IMG/VR virus record: IMGVR_UViG_3300029787_000114
Span: 1-41,113 of that record
Length of the DNA stretch: 41,113 bases
Strand: one strand, 5' to 3'
Source: a virus
Lineage: Duplodnaviria > Caudoviricetes
Position 1 is the stretch's first letter. Each line of letters starts with the position of its first letter. Positions 24,949 to 33,524 of this stretch are shown one piece after another. A model generated the notes under the pieces. The model saw nothing but the letters and a program-made list of their open reading frames with translations. It did not search any database and was not told the DNA's origin. The translations under genes and the position numbers were made by a program.

Positions 24949-25662
24949 ATGAGTAAAAAAGCTAAAGACTTAGCTGTTATAGACTTTGATGCCGACTCAG
25001 GAGCAGGATTAGAGAACATAGGCACAGAAGATATAGCTATACCGTATATTAATATTATACAAAAAGTTAGTCCAGCACTAGAAGAGATTGATGGATCAAA
25101 ACCTGGTGATATTTTTAACAGCGTTTCTCATGAAGTTTATCAAGAACTTCGTGTTATACCATGTGCATATAAAAGAGCATTTGTAGAATGGAAGCCACGT
25201 AGCCAAGGCGGTGGATTTGTTGGAGAGCATTCAAGTAGCTCTTCATTTGCTTCTAATCCAAGAAATGAAAAAGGTGAGATTGTACTAGACAATGGAAATG
25301 TATTAGTTGAGACTGCATACTTCTATGTCATAACATGTGACACTTTCGAAAGAGCAGTTATTAATATGTCTTCTACAAATCTAAAGGTAGCAAGAAGATG
25401 GAATGGTCAAATGCTTAATATAAAGATCAACGGTAAGACACCTGCAATGTTTAGTCATTCATATGTAGTATCTACTGTTTTACAGAAGAATGATAAAGGT
25501 ACTTGGTATACTTTTGATATTAAAGATGCTATGCAGTTAGATAACGTCAATCATTATAATTTAGGCAAAAGTTTATCGACTAAAGTAATTGAAGGTAAGA
25601 TGCAAGCAACACCACCGTCAAGACAAAGTTTAGATAAGCCAAACGGTGAAGACCACTTCTAA
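24949..25662 (+). CDS. Putative single-stranded DNA-binding protein
   Basis: G.G.E.....D..IP...I.Q..SP N-terminus, N.KG.WY motif, acidic/aromatic C-terminus (GEDHF); upstream of the primase. Confidence 0.55.
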   Translation: MSKKAKDLAVIDFDADSGAGLENIGTEDIAIPYINIIQKVSPALEEIDGSKPGDIFNSVSHEVYQELRVIPCAYKRAFVEWKPRSQGGGFVGEHSSSSSFASNPRNEKGEIVLDNGNVLVETAYFYVITCDTFERAVINMSSTNLKVARRWNGQMLNIKINGKTPAMFSHSYVVSTVLQKNDKGTWYTFDIKDAMQLDNVNHYNLGKSLSTKVIEGKMQATPPSRQSLDKPNGEDHF

Positions 25663-25664
25663 AA

Positions 25665-27173
25665 ATGGAAGAAAGATTTAATCGTTTATTCTCAGGCTTG
25701 AGTAGGGCTCATGGCACGTATGAGATACAAGATTCGAGAGCCGATGGTAAACTTACAGGTAAAGCTATTACTGTAAGAGAAGATGTTACAATTGAACATT
25801 GGAAAAAACATTTAAGTGGAAGTAAAGGACTAGGTATAATTCCAATAAATGACGAATCAAGTGTTATGTTTGGTGCAATAGATGTAGATGAATACAAGGA
25901 CTTAAACCTTGTAGACCTATCAATAAGACTGAAGGAACTTAAACTTCCTTTAGTCTTATGTAGATCTAAAAGTGGTGGTGTTCATTTATATCTTTTTTGT
26001 AGTGAATGGATTCCGGCAAAGCTTATGAAAAATAAATTAGAAGAACTATCCTCAGGCCTAGGCTTTGGAGGATCTGAAGTATTCCCTAAACAAATACAAA
26101 TACTAGCAGAGCGTGGTGATGTAGGAGGCTGGATTAATATGCCATACTTTAATCAATCTGATAGTAGAAGATATGCAATAGATGGTGATGGAAAAAAATT
26201 AGATGCATTACAATTTTTAGATCTAGCAGAAAGTTTATTACAAACAAAAGAACGACTGCAAAAACTAAAGGTAAAAGTAAACTATGAGTTAGATGAAGGA
26301 CCACCTTGTCTACAGCATCTAACAGAACAAGGATTCCCTGAAGGCACAAGGAACAATGGCTTATTTAATCTAGCTGTATATTGTAGAAAAGCATATCCAG
26401 ATAACTGGCAAGCACAGGTAGAGACTTATAACGTAAAGTTTATGGATCCACCTTTAATGGCAACAGAAGTACTTGATATAATAAAATCAGCAAATAAAAA
26501 AACGTATCAATATACTTGTAGCCGCGCACCGATAGCTCCGTATTGCAATGCGTCTGTTTGTAAACTACGTAAGCATGGTATAGGTAACGATGGCGGAATG
26601 CCTGCCATACATTCTTTAACAAAATATAATTCGAATCCACCAATATGGTTTCTTGATATTGAAGGAAGTGGTAGAATAGAACTTGATACAGATGACCTTC
26701 AAAACCAGCGCAGGTTCCAAAGAAGATGTATGGAAAGACTTAACATGATGCCTGCAAAGATGAATGAAAATTCTTGGAACCAGTTGATTAATCACTTGTT
26801 TGAGAACTTAAACATTATTGAAGCTCCTGAAGATGCTAGTTCAGTTGGGCAGCTATTTGAGATGATTGAAAGATTCTGTACTAGTAGGGCACAAGCTTTA
26901 AGTAGAGATGAAATACTATTAGGTAAGCCGTGGACTGATGACAAGCGACATTACTTTAGAGTATCTGATCTTATGGCTTACTTTGATAGACAACATTTTA
27001 GAGAATTTAAAGTGCACCAAGTAACTTCTTTTTTAAAACAAAAAGATGCTGAGCACCACTTCTGGAATGTTAAAGGTAAGGGAGTAAACTTGTGGTCTGT
27101 ACCAAAGTTTGCGCAGCAAGATAGTGAACATGAATTACCAAGGGAAATAACTGATGACGCAAACTCCTTCTAA
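25665..27173 (+). CDS. AEP-superfamily primase with a PriCT-like domain
   Basis: AIDVD, RSKSGG.H.Y and NMPY catalytic motifs; GPPCL...EGTRNNGLF PriCT-like region. Confidence 0.8.
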   Translation: MEERFNRLFSGLSRAHGTYEIQDSRADGKLTGKAITVREDVTIEHWKKHLSGSKGLGIIPINDESSVMFGAIDVDEYKDLNLVDLSIRLKELKLPLVLCRSKSGGVHLYLFCSEWIPAKLMKNKLEELSSGLGFGGSEVFPKQIQILAERGDVGGWINMPYFNQSDSRRYAIDGDGKKLDALQFLDLAESLLQTKERLQKLKVKVNYELDEGPPCLQHLTEQGFPEGTRNNGLFNLAVYCRKAYPDNWQAQVETYNVKFMDPPLMATEVLDIIKSANKKTYQYTCSRAPIAPYCNASVCKLRKHGIGNDGGMPAIHSLTKYNSNPPIWFLDIEGSGRIELDTDDLQNQRRFQRRCMERLNMMPAKMNENSWNQLINHLFENLNIIEAPEDASSVGQLFEMIERFCTSRAQALSRDEILLGKPWTDDKRHYFRVSDLMAYFDRQHFREFKVHQVTSFLKQKDAEHHFWNVKGKGVNLWSVPKFAQQDSEHELPREITDDANSF

Positions 27174-27318
27174 CACAACAAACACGGAGCAAGAAATGGA
27201 AATAAAAAAACTTAAAGCAGAGATAAAGCAACTTAAAGCTAGATTAAAAGTAAATATAGCACTAAAAGAAATGTATCGTAAATTAGCACATGAGCACGCA
27301 ATCCCAGATGAATCATGA
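27154..27318 (+). CDS. Small coiled-coil protein, 54 aa
   Basis: Manual translation MTQTPSNTTNTEQEMEIKKLKAEIKQLKARLKVNIALKEMYRKLAHEHAIPDES fills the primase-helicase gap. Confidence 0.55.
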   Translation: MTQTPSNTTNTEQEMEIKKLKAEIKQLKARLKVNIALKEMYRKLAHEHAIPDES

Positions 27319-28780
27319 AAATCTTAATATAATCTTAGGACCACCTGGGACAGGTAAGACTACAAAGCTATTAACACTAGTAGAATCATTATTAAATGAT
27401 GGCATATTACCTTCCCACATTGGTTACTTTTCTTTTACAAAGAAAGCATCTATTGAGGCAGCTGAAAGAGCATATGAACAGTTTAATTATAGCAAAGACG
27501 ATCTTCCATATTTTAGGACAATACATAGCTTATGCTTTAGTTTGTTAAACTTAAAAAGATCTGATATAATGAGCAAAGAACACTATAAAGAATTAGGTGA
27601 TATGTTAGGTTTAGAAGTAGACGGTGGAGCTCAAATGGAAGAAGGCCAGGTGTTTGGTATGAGGACAGGGGATAAATTATTTTTCTTAGAAAATTTATCA
27701 CGAGTAAAACAAACTCCTTTGAAAAAAATATTTAATCAATATAATGGTGATGATGTAGATTGGTTTGAACTAGAGAGATTACAAAGAGCATTGACCATGT
27801 ATAAAGATAAGAGAATGGTGATAGACTTTACTGATATGCTTATTAAAAGTTTGTCTATAAGTTTTCCAAAGCTGTATGCAATATTTGTAGATGAGGCACA
27901 AGATCTTTCATCGTTACAATGGGAAATTATAGACAAGCTATCTAAAAAATGTAAGATAGTTTATATAGCAGGAGATGACGATCAAGCTATATACACATGG
28001 GCTGGAGCAGATGTAGGTAAGTTTATTGATTTATCAGGCACTAGTACAGTATTAAAAGAATCTTACAGAGTGCCGATAACAATATGGGAACTAGCAAATA
28101 GACTTAGCGCTAGGATAACTAACAGAAAACAAAAAGTATTTAATCCTCAAAAAAATACAGGGTCTATCAATTGGTATTTAGATCCTGAAGATGTAGACAT
28201 AAGTAAAGGCACCTGGTATTTACTAGCTAGAAATGGGTATATGCTAAAGCAGTTAGAAAACATATGCATTAAGAATGGCTATCCATACACAACAGTAGGT
28301 AAGGGTTCGCCATTAAATGCTAATGCTTTAAATGCTATCCGGCTATGGACTAGGTTTAATAAAGGGCATAAGCTATTAGGAGAAGATGTTAAACTTATCT
28401 ATAGGTACATGTCTACTAGATGTCCAAGAGGAATAAGTGAAGATACAGAATATACTATAGACGAGTTTAATTTACCTAGAGGAATATGGCATGAGGTGTT
28501 AGATAAGGTAGATACAAAGAGAAGAGAATATTATATAATGCTACTTAAGAGAGGAGAAAACCTAAGCGCCGATCCGAGAATAAAGATCAGCACTATACAT
28601 GGAGTAAAAGGTGGTGAAGCAGATAATGTTTTATTATTAAGTGATGTAGCTCCTAGGACTTATAGGGAAATGCATGAGTTACCAGACGACGAAATAAGAG
28701 TTTTTTACGTTGCAGTTACAAGGGCTAGAAAAACATTGCATATAATACAACCGAATACAAATATGTATTTTGACCTATAG
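27290..28780 (+). CDS. UvrD/Rep-like SF1 helicase
   Basis: GPPGTGKTT, VDEAQD, GDDDQAIY, STIHGVKGGEAD and YVAVTRAR. Confidence 0.92.
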   Translation: MSTQSQMNHENLNIILGPPGTGKTTKLLTLVESLLNDGILPSHIGYFSFTKKASIEAAERAYEQFNYSKDDLPYFRTIHSLCFSLLNLKRSDIMSKEHYKELGDMLGLEVDGGAQMEEGQVFGMRTGDKLFFLENLSRVKQTPLKKIFNQYNGDDVDWFELERLQRALTMYKDKRMVIDFTDMLIKSLSISFPKLYAIFVDEAQDLSSLQWEIIDKLSKKCKIVYIAGDDDQAIYTWAGADVGKFIDLSGTSTVLKESYRVPITIWELANRLSARITNRKQKVFNPQKNTGSINWYLDPEDVDISKGTWYLLARNGYMLKQLENICIKNGYPYTTVGKGSPLNANALNAIRLWTRFNKGHKLLGEDVKLIYRYMSTRCPRGISEDTEYTIDEFNLPRGIWHEVLDKVDTKRREYYIMLLKRGENLSADPRIKISTIHGVKGGEADNVLLLSDVAPRTYREMHELPDDEIRVFYVAVTRARKTLHIIQPNTNMYFDL

Positions 28781-28813
28781 GCAGATAAAACTAATAAAAA
28801 ATGGGCCCCTAGA

Positions 28814-30280
28814 TTGTCCATATACATGCGGAGGAATACAATTATGATACATACCTATCCATTTAAAACGGATCCTTTTAAGCATCAGCTCGATGCTTGG
28901 AACATTTCAAAAGACAAAGAGTCATTTGCATTGTTCATGGAAATGGGTACTGGTAAATCAAAAGTAATATTAGATACTGCTGCATACTTGTATGATAAAG
29001 GTAGTATAGACTCACTATTAATTGTAGCTCCAAAAGGTGCGTACAGAAACTGGCAACTTAACGAGGTACCTACTCACTTGCCGGATCACATCTTACATAC
29101 TATGGCTATATGGTCTGCAGCTCCAAAGAAAAAAGAAAAAGAAGATTTAGATATAATACAAGATCCCACTGCAAATTTAAGAATACTTATAATGAATGTT
29201 GAAGCGTTTAGTAGTGCGCGTGGAGTTAAGTTTGCTCAATCAATTATCCTTGGAAGTAAGTGCATGATGGTTGTAGATGAGTCAACAACAATTAAAAACC
29301 CAGGAGCAAAAAGAACAAAGTCTATTATTAAGTGTGGAGTTAATTCTAAGTATAGAAGAATACTATCAGGAGAGCCCGTTACCCGAGATCCACTAGACTT
29401 GTATACTCAGTGTGAATTTTTAGACGAGACTCATTTAGGATTTTCATCATACTATAGCTATAGAAACAGATATGCTATTATGCAACAAATGAATCTAGGT
29501 GGAAGAGCATTTAAAAAAATAGTCGGCTTTCAAAGAGTAGATGAGCTAAACTCATTACTTAAAGACTTTAGTTATAGAGTAAAGAAAGATGATTGTCTAG
29601 ATCTACCTGAAAAATCATATCAGTATCGATATGTAACTATGACTGAAGAACAAGAAAAAGCCTATAAGCAAATGAAAGAAGTTTGTATGGCAGCAGTTAA
29701 TAACGACATAATTACCGTACCAAATAAATTATCTATGCTATCTAAGCTACATCAAATAACCTGTGGACATATCATATCAAATCAAGGTGACACTAGTTAT
29801 ATTAAAAATAATAGGTTAGATACTTTAATAGAAGTTTGTAATGAGGTAGATAGCAAGACAATTATATGGGCATCATACAGAGCTGATCTTAAAAAGATAA
29901 GTGATACATTAAGAAAAGAGTATGGTAATGATTCAACAGTAGAGTACTGGGGAGATACTGATGATAAGACTAGAAAAGAAAATATAGAATTGTTTATGAA
30001 AGGTGAAGCTAAATTTTTTGTAGCAAATCCTGCTACGGCTGGCTTTGGTCTTAATCTACAAAAAGCAAATACTGTTATATACTATAGCAATAGCTATAAT
30101 TTAGAACATAGACTACAGTCCGAGGACCGATGCCATAGAATAGGACAAACTAAAAACGTCCATTATATAGATCTTATTACACTAGGAACTGTAGATGAAA
30201 AGATAATTACATCTTTAAAGAATAAGAAAAATATATCACAACAAGTTATGGGCGATAAATGGAAGGAGTGGCTAAGTTAA
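28814..30280 (+). CDS. SNF2-family SF2 helicase
   Basis: MEMGTGKS, VDEST, LSGEP, G.GLNL and QSEDRCHRIGQ; likely ATG start near 28844 after GGAGG. Confidence 0.9.
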   Translation: MSIYMRRNTIMIHTYPFKTDPFKHQLDAWNISKDKESFALFMEMGTGKSKVILDTAAYLYDKGSIDSLLIVAPKGAYRNWQLNEVPTHLPDHILHTMAIWSAAPKKKEKEDLDIIQDPTANLRILIMNVEAFSSARGVKFAQSIILGSKCMMVVDESTTIKNPGAKRTKSIIKCGVNSKYRRILSGEPVTRDPLDLYTQCEFLDETHLGFSSYYSYRNRYAIMQQMNLGGRAFKKIVGFQRVDELNSLLKDFSYRVKKDDCLDLPEKSYQYRYVTMTEEQEKAYKQMKEVCMAAVNNDIITVPNKLSMLSKLHQITCGHIISNQGDTSYIKNNRLDTLIEVCNEVDSKTIIWASYRADLKKISDTLRKEYGNDSTVEYWGDTDDKTRKENIELFMKGEAKFFVANPATAGFGLNLQKANTVIYYSNSYNLEHRLQSEDRCHRIGQTKNVHYIDLITLGTVDEKIITSLKNKKNISQQVMGDKWKEWLS

Positions 30281-30665
30281 ACCATTCTGCTACATTAAAG
30301 TTAGGACACGTCTTACTATCATCTAAGTCATGATGGCCAACAATCTTTGCCTCAGGATATAATCTTAATAGTAATTGTACTAGGTCTCTTAATGCATCAA
30401 ACTGCCTAGGATCAAACTCAGTTCTACCTACTAAACATACTCCGACAGATACAGAGTTTTTGTTTTTAACGTGAGCCCCTATAACATCAATATTTCTACC
30501 ATTTTCTATAATACCATTTCTTCTAATAACAAAGTGATAACCTATATCAGACCACTTATTATCATTTACGTGCCATCCTCTTATTGTTGCTGCATCAACA
30601 TCTCTATCATCAGGTGTATCAGAGCAATGTATTACTATGTAACTAGTATCATGTCTATTTACCAT
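30246..30665 (-). CDS. Endolysin, N-acetylmuramoyl-L-alanine amidase (T7 lysozyme-like)
   Basis: IVIHCS.T, WSDIGYHFVI, GAHV and GH.D....KTCPNF zinc motifs. Confidence 0.92.
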   Translation of the reverse strand: MVNRHDTSYIVIHCSDTPDDRDVDAATIRGWHVNDNKWSDIGYHFVIRRNGIIENGRNIDVIGAHVKNKNSVSVGVCLVGRTEFDPRQFDALRDLVQLLLRLYPEAKIVGHHDLDDSKTCPNFNVAEWFNLATPSIYRP

Positions 30666-30674
30666 GTTATCTCC

Positions 30675-31052
30675 TTATTTAGTAAATTTGCCTATTGACT
30701 TAAGACCAAATGAAGCACCAATACTGGCCATTATACTCCACTGTAACCACTCTGGAAATGTAGATAAAAACTGTATTCCATTAGAAACAAAAGGCTGAAA
30801 GTATGGTATAAAGCTAAATAAAATTATTGCAATAAAACAAACAGTCCAGGCCTCGTCTTTCCAGCTATCATCACTGGCTTGAGCCATAGTCTTTTCCCAG
30901 TCTACTTTTCCTTCAACTATTTTCTTTTGAACCGCTGTCTTAGCATCTATTTCTGCTATCTTTAAATCAGAGTTAGCTTTAGCTTTCTTTGCACTGTGTT
31001 CAAAATATCCTCCAACCGCTTTACTTAAACCATTTACAATTAATCCAATCAT
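30675..31052 (-). CDS. Putative holin-like membrane protein
   Basis: SWKDE.W motif followed by two hydrophobic segments; adjacent to the endolysin. Confidence 0.6.
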   Translation of the reverse strand: MIGLIVNGLSKAVGGYFEHSAKKAKANSDLKIAEIDAKTAVQKKIVEGKVDWEKTMAQASDDSWKDEAWTVCFIAIILFSFIPYFQPFVSNGIQFLSTFPEWLQWSIMASIGASFGLKSIGKFTK

Positions 31053-31276
31053 TGCATTTTCTCCAGGATCTTATCTAACTTATTAGAATTTCTATTTACT
31101 TGCTCTTTGATATATCTAACTTCCACTTCCATAACTTGTACCTTTTCAACCTTTGATTTGATGAGCTCATTTTCTTTAGACAAGTCATTAATTTTTGCAG
31201 TTGAGGTACCCCAAGCTACTCCAATTAAAATAAAAGGAGTAAGTATATATATTGCTGTTTTAAGATCTATATTCAT
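31049..31276 (-). CDS. Membrane-anchored coiled-coil protein
   Basis: N-terminal hydrophobic segment followed by a heptad pattern. Confidence 0.7.
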   Translation of the reverse strand: MNIDLKTAIYILTPFILIGVAWGTSTAKINDLSKENELIKSKVEKVQVMEVEVRYIKEQVNRNSNKLDKILEKMQ

Positions 31277-31614
31277 TTGCCTAATGGGTTGTCATTAATA
31301 ATATCGTAAACTTTAGATAGCTCTCTTTCTATCCAAGCAGAAAGTTCATCTTCCATATCTCCCATTTCTGTATCTAGTTTTTCTAAATCTTCCCAAGTAT
31401 CTTCTATAGTATCACTATTAAATTGTACTCGCTCTTCAGTTGAAGTTAGTCTTTCGTTTAAGGAGCCAGTGTCACTGTTAGATATTTTACCTTCCATAGC
31501 CACTAAACGTGTGCTTAGGTCTGACATCCACCATACGAACCCACCTGCTGCTGGAACTACCGATAAGATTATCGTAAGTAGAACTGCTGGTGAAAGTACT
31601 AATGTCTTGTTCAT
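31273..31614 (-). CDS. Membrane-anchored acidic coiled-coil protein
   Basis: N-terminal hydrophobic segment, coiled coil, C-terminal NPL; AGGAG RBS. Confidence 0.7.
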   Translation of the reverse strand: MNKTLVLSPAVLLTIILSVVPAAGGFVWWMSDLSTRLVAMEGKISNSDTGSLNERLTSTEERVQFNSDTIEDTWEDLEKLDTEMGDMEDELSAWIERELSKVYDIINDNPLGK

Positions 31615-32917
31615 ATACCATCTCCTGTGTCAATGACACCGTTTCTGTAATTATAACTAATTCTTGTAGTTGAGTAAAATAGTTTATAGGTAGATCTATT
31701 GTCTCCATGGAATCAGTAGTTGGAACATTCCCTTTAGTTTTTCCCACAGGTCTTTTATCCACTGTTTTAATTTTTTTATTACTCGGTACATCTTGTCTTT
31801 GTACGTTTTCTTTTTTGCTTTCTTTTTTGTCTTTGCTTTTTTTGCCATCTTTATTGCTTGCTTGTTTTTTAGGTTCATTGTCACCTCCGGTTGATTTTGA
31901 TAACTTGCTTTCTTCATTTGTCTCATTCTCTGTTTCTGTCTCTTGTTCATTTACGGCACTCTCCTTTAAATCTTCTTCCATAGTGGAATCATTTAATTCT
32001 TCTGGTTGTTCAAGCTCAGCCACTTCGGATTCTATTTCTACGGGCTGATCAACATTAATTTCTGTTATTTCTTGTATCTCCTCAGTAACTTCAATTTCCG
32101 TAGGAAGAGGAGGTAACTCTATGTTAACAGGCATTTCAACAGGAATATCTATTGACATGTCTATTGGTATATCAATTGTAATTTCAGGTACTTCCATTGT
32201 TACAGGCTCTAATATTACATCATTAACAATCTCTGTGTCTAGACTTAAACCTTCAATCATAGTAGGTTCAACAATAACAACAGGTTCTATTACAACAGGT
32301 TCTATTACAACAGGTTCTATGACTGGCACTATATAATCTTGATAAGTAATTAGTAATTCATAGTTATCAGTAATAGGACCTAGCCAATTACTCGAGTCTC
32401 CTGTATCAATACCTTGTAAGCTAAATGTAATTCCAGTCTCACCTGTTAAAAATGTATCATTAATAGATTTGGTAAACGTGTGATAAGTCCAACCGTCTTC
32501 ATACGGCACTGCTATTGTATTAGAAGAAATTTCTGTATTAGTTGCACTTTTAAAAGTAACGTTAGTAACAATCGTATCATCAGCTTCATCATTACACCAG
32601 CCACCAGGACTATTACCACAGCCATAACCATGATACTTAATAGTAACACCTGTAATTTCTTTATTAGTTTCTAAACTTGAAGTATCTACAGATTGTGTAA
32701 TAGTTGAAGTTTGGCCTTTAAATCTTATAGTAGGACTACTACCTGCATCAGGATAGCTATTACTATCACGCTTAACATTAGGATCAGATAAGGTCCATCC
32801 ATCAGTGTTCTCGTCAAATGTATTGTTATTCAGTAGGTTGTCCGAAGTCGAATCTGCGTGGCTTGATAACACCACCATGAACGACATTAGGATTGCCCAC
32901 GATATTATCTTTATCAT
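31487..32917 (-). CDS. Secreted-type protein: signal peptide, beta-rich domain, Pro/Glu-rich linker
   Basis: Signal-like N-terminus ending SHA; NLL.N..F.....GW pattern; repeated VIEPV; acidic then Lys-rich low-complexity region. Confidence 0.7.
   Translation of the reverse strand: MIKIISWAILMSFMVVLSSHADSTSDNLLNNNTFDENTDGWTLSDPNVKRDSNSYPDAGSSPTIRFKGQTSTITQSVDTSSLETNKEITGVTIKYHGYGCGNSPGGWCNDEADDTIVTNVTFKSATNTEISSNTIAVPYEDGWTYHTFTKSINDTFLTGETGITFSLQGIDTGDSSNWLGPITDNYELLITYQDYIVPVIEPVVIEPVVIEPVVIVEPTMIEGLSLDTEIVNDVILEPVTMEVPEITIDIPIDMSIDIPVEMPVNIELPPLPTEIEVTEEIQEITEINVDQPVEIESEVAELEQPEELNDSTMEEDLKESAVNEQETETENETNEESKLSKSTGGDNEPKKQASNKDGKKSKDKKESKKENVQRQDVPSNKKIKTVDKRPVGKTKGNVPTTDSMETIDLPINYFTQLQELVIITETVSLTQEMVYEQDISTFTSSSTYDNLIGSSSSRWVRMVDVRPKHTFSGYGR
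32277..32320. repeat. 15-nt tandem repeat, three copies (ACAACAGGTTCTATT), encoding IEPVV
   Basis: Directly visible. Confidence 0.85.
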
Positions 32918-33326
32918 TAATTACTCCTAGCTCTCTATATCTTTTTTTAGCATCATCTCCTATTAAGCCATCAATGGGGCATGGGGATCCTGCATTTAAC
33001 ATTGCTTCAAATACCCTTTTGTCTTGGCACAACATAGAAGTAGCACTTACTTTAAGTCCTAGTTGAGCTAATGCTCTACTTAATTTTATACGCTCACAAT
33101 TTTTGTCTATGACGTGTATACCTGCAGATGCTGAAAATAATCCAGTACCAATTGCGCCGCTTCTAACTACAATACAGACATCATTACCACTACCAATAGA
33201 TAGTGATGGTGAGATTGATGAAGGTGGAGGTTGATCTTTATAACGAATAGTTGTATCTGCTGCGTTAGCAATAGTTGCGTGTGTAAAAGTTATCGCTAAT
33301 ATAATTATATATAGCAGCTTGTTCAT
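32826..33326 (-). CDS. Secreted-type Cys-containing protein
   Basis: Signal peptide ending ANA; D.NCER.K..R.L and LCQD.RV..AM..AGSPCP motifs. Confidence 0.75.
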   Translation of the reverse strand: MNKLLYIIILAITFTHATIANAADTTIRYKDQPPPSSISPSLSIGSGNDVCIVVRSGAIGTGLFSASAGIHVIDKNCERIKLSRALAQLGLKVSATSMLCQDKRVFEAMLNAGSPCPIDGLIGDDAKKRYRELGVINDKDNIVGNPNVVHGGVIKPRRFDFGQPTE

Positions 33327-33329
33327 ACA

Positions 33330-33515
33330 TTAATCCGCATCCGCAATGGTGTTACCAGCATCTTCCCATGCTTTGATTAATACTCTGTCAACATTATTAT
33401 CATCAAGCGGCACTATCATTTCGACACTATTGATAACTGCTTTTATGCAACTATATTGCCCTGTTATTGGGTCATTAACTTTTTTTGCTGAACTAACTAT
33501 TCTATCATCTTCCAT
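33330..33515 (-). CDS. Small protein after the tail fibre (possible fibre accessory)
   Basis: AGGAG RBS; VPLD..N.D...I..W...GNTI..AD pattern. Confidence 0.7.
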   Translation of the reverse strand: MEDDRIVSSAKKVNDPITGQYSCIKAVINSVEMIVPLDDNNVDRVLIKAWEDAGNTIADAD

Positions 33516-33524
33516 ATATTACTC

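Noticed and set aside
15442-27936. Minus-strand and alternate-frame ORFs within the plus-strand arm (for example 15507, 17979, 20243, 21962, 23019, 26149)
   Set aside because: Shadows of motif-supported genes.
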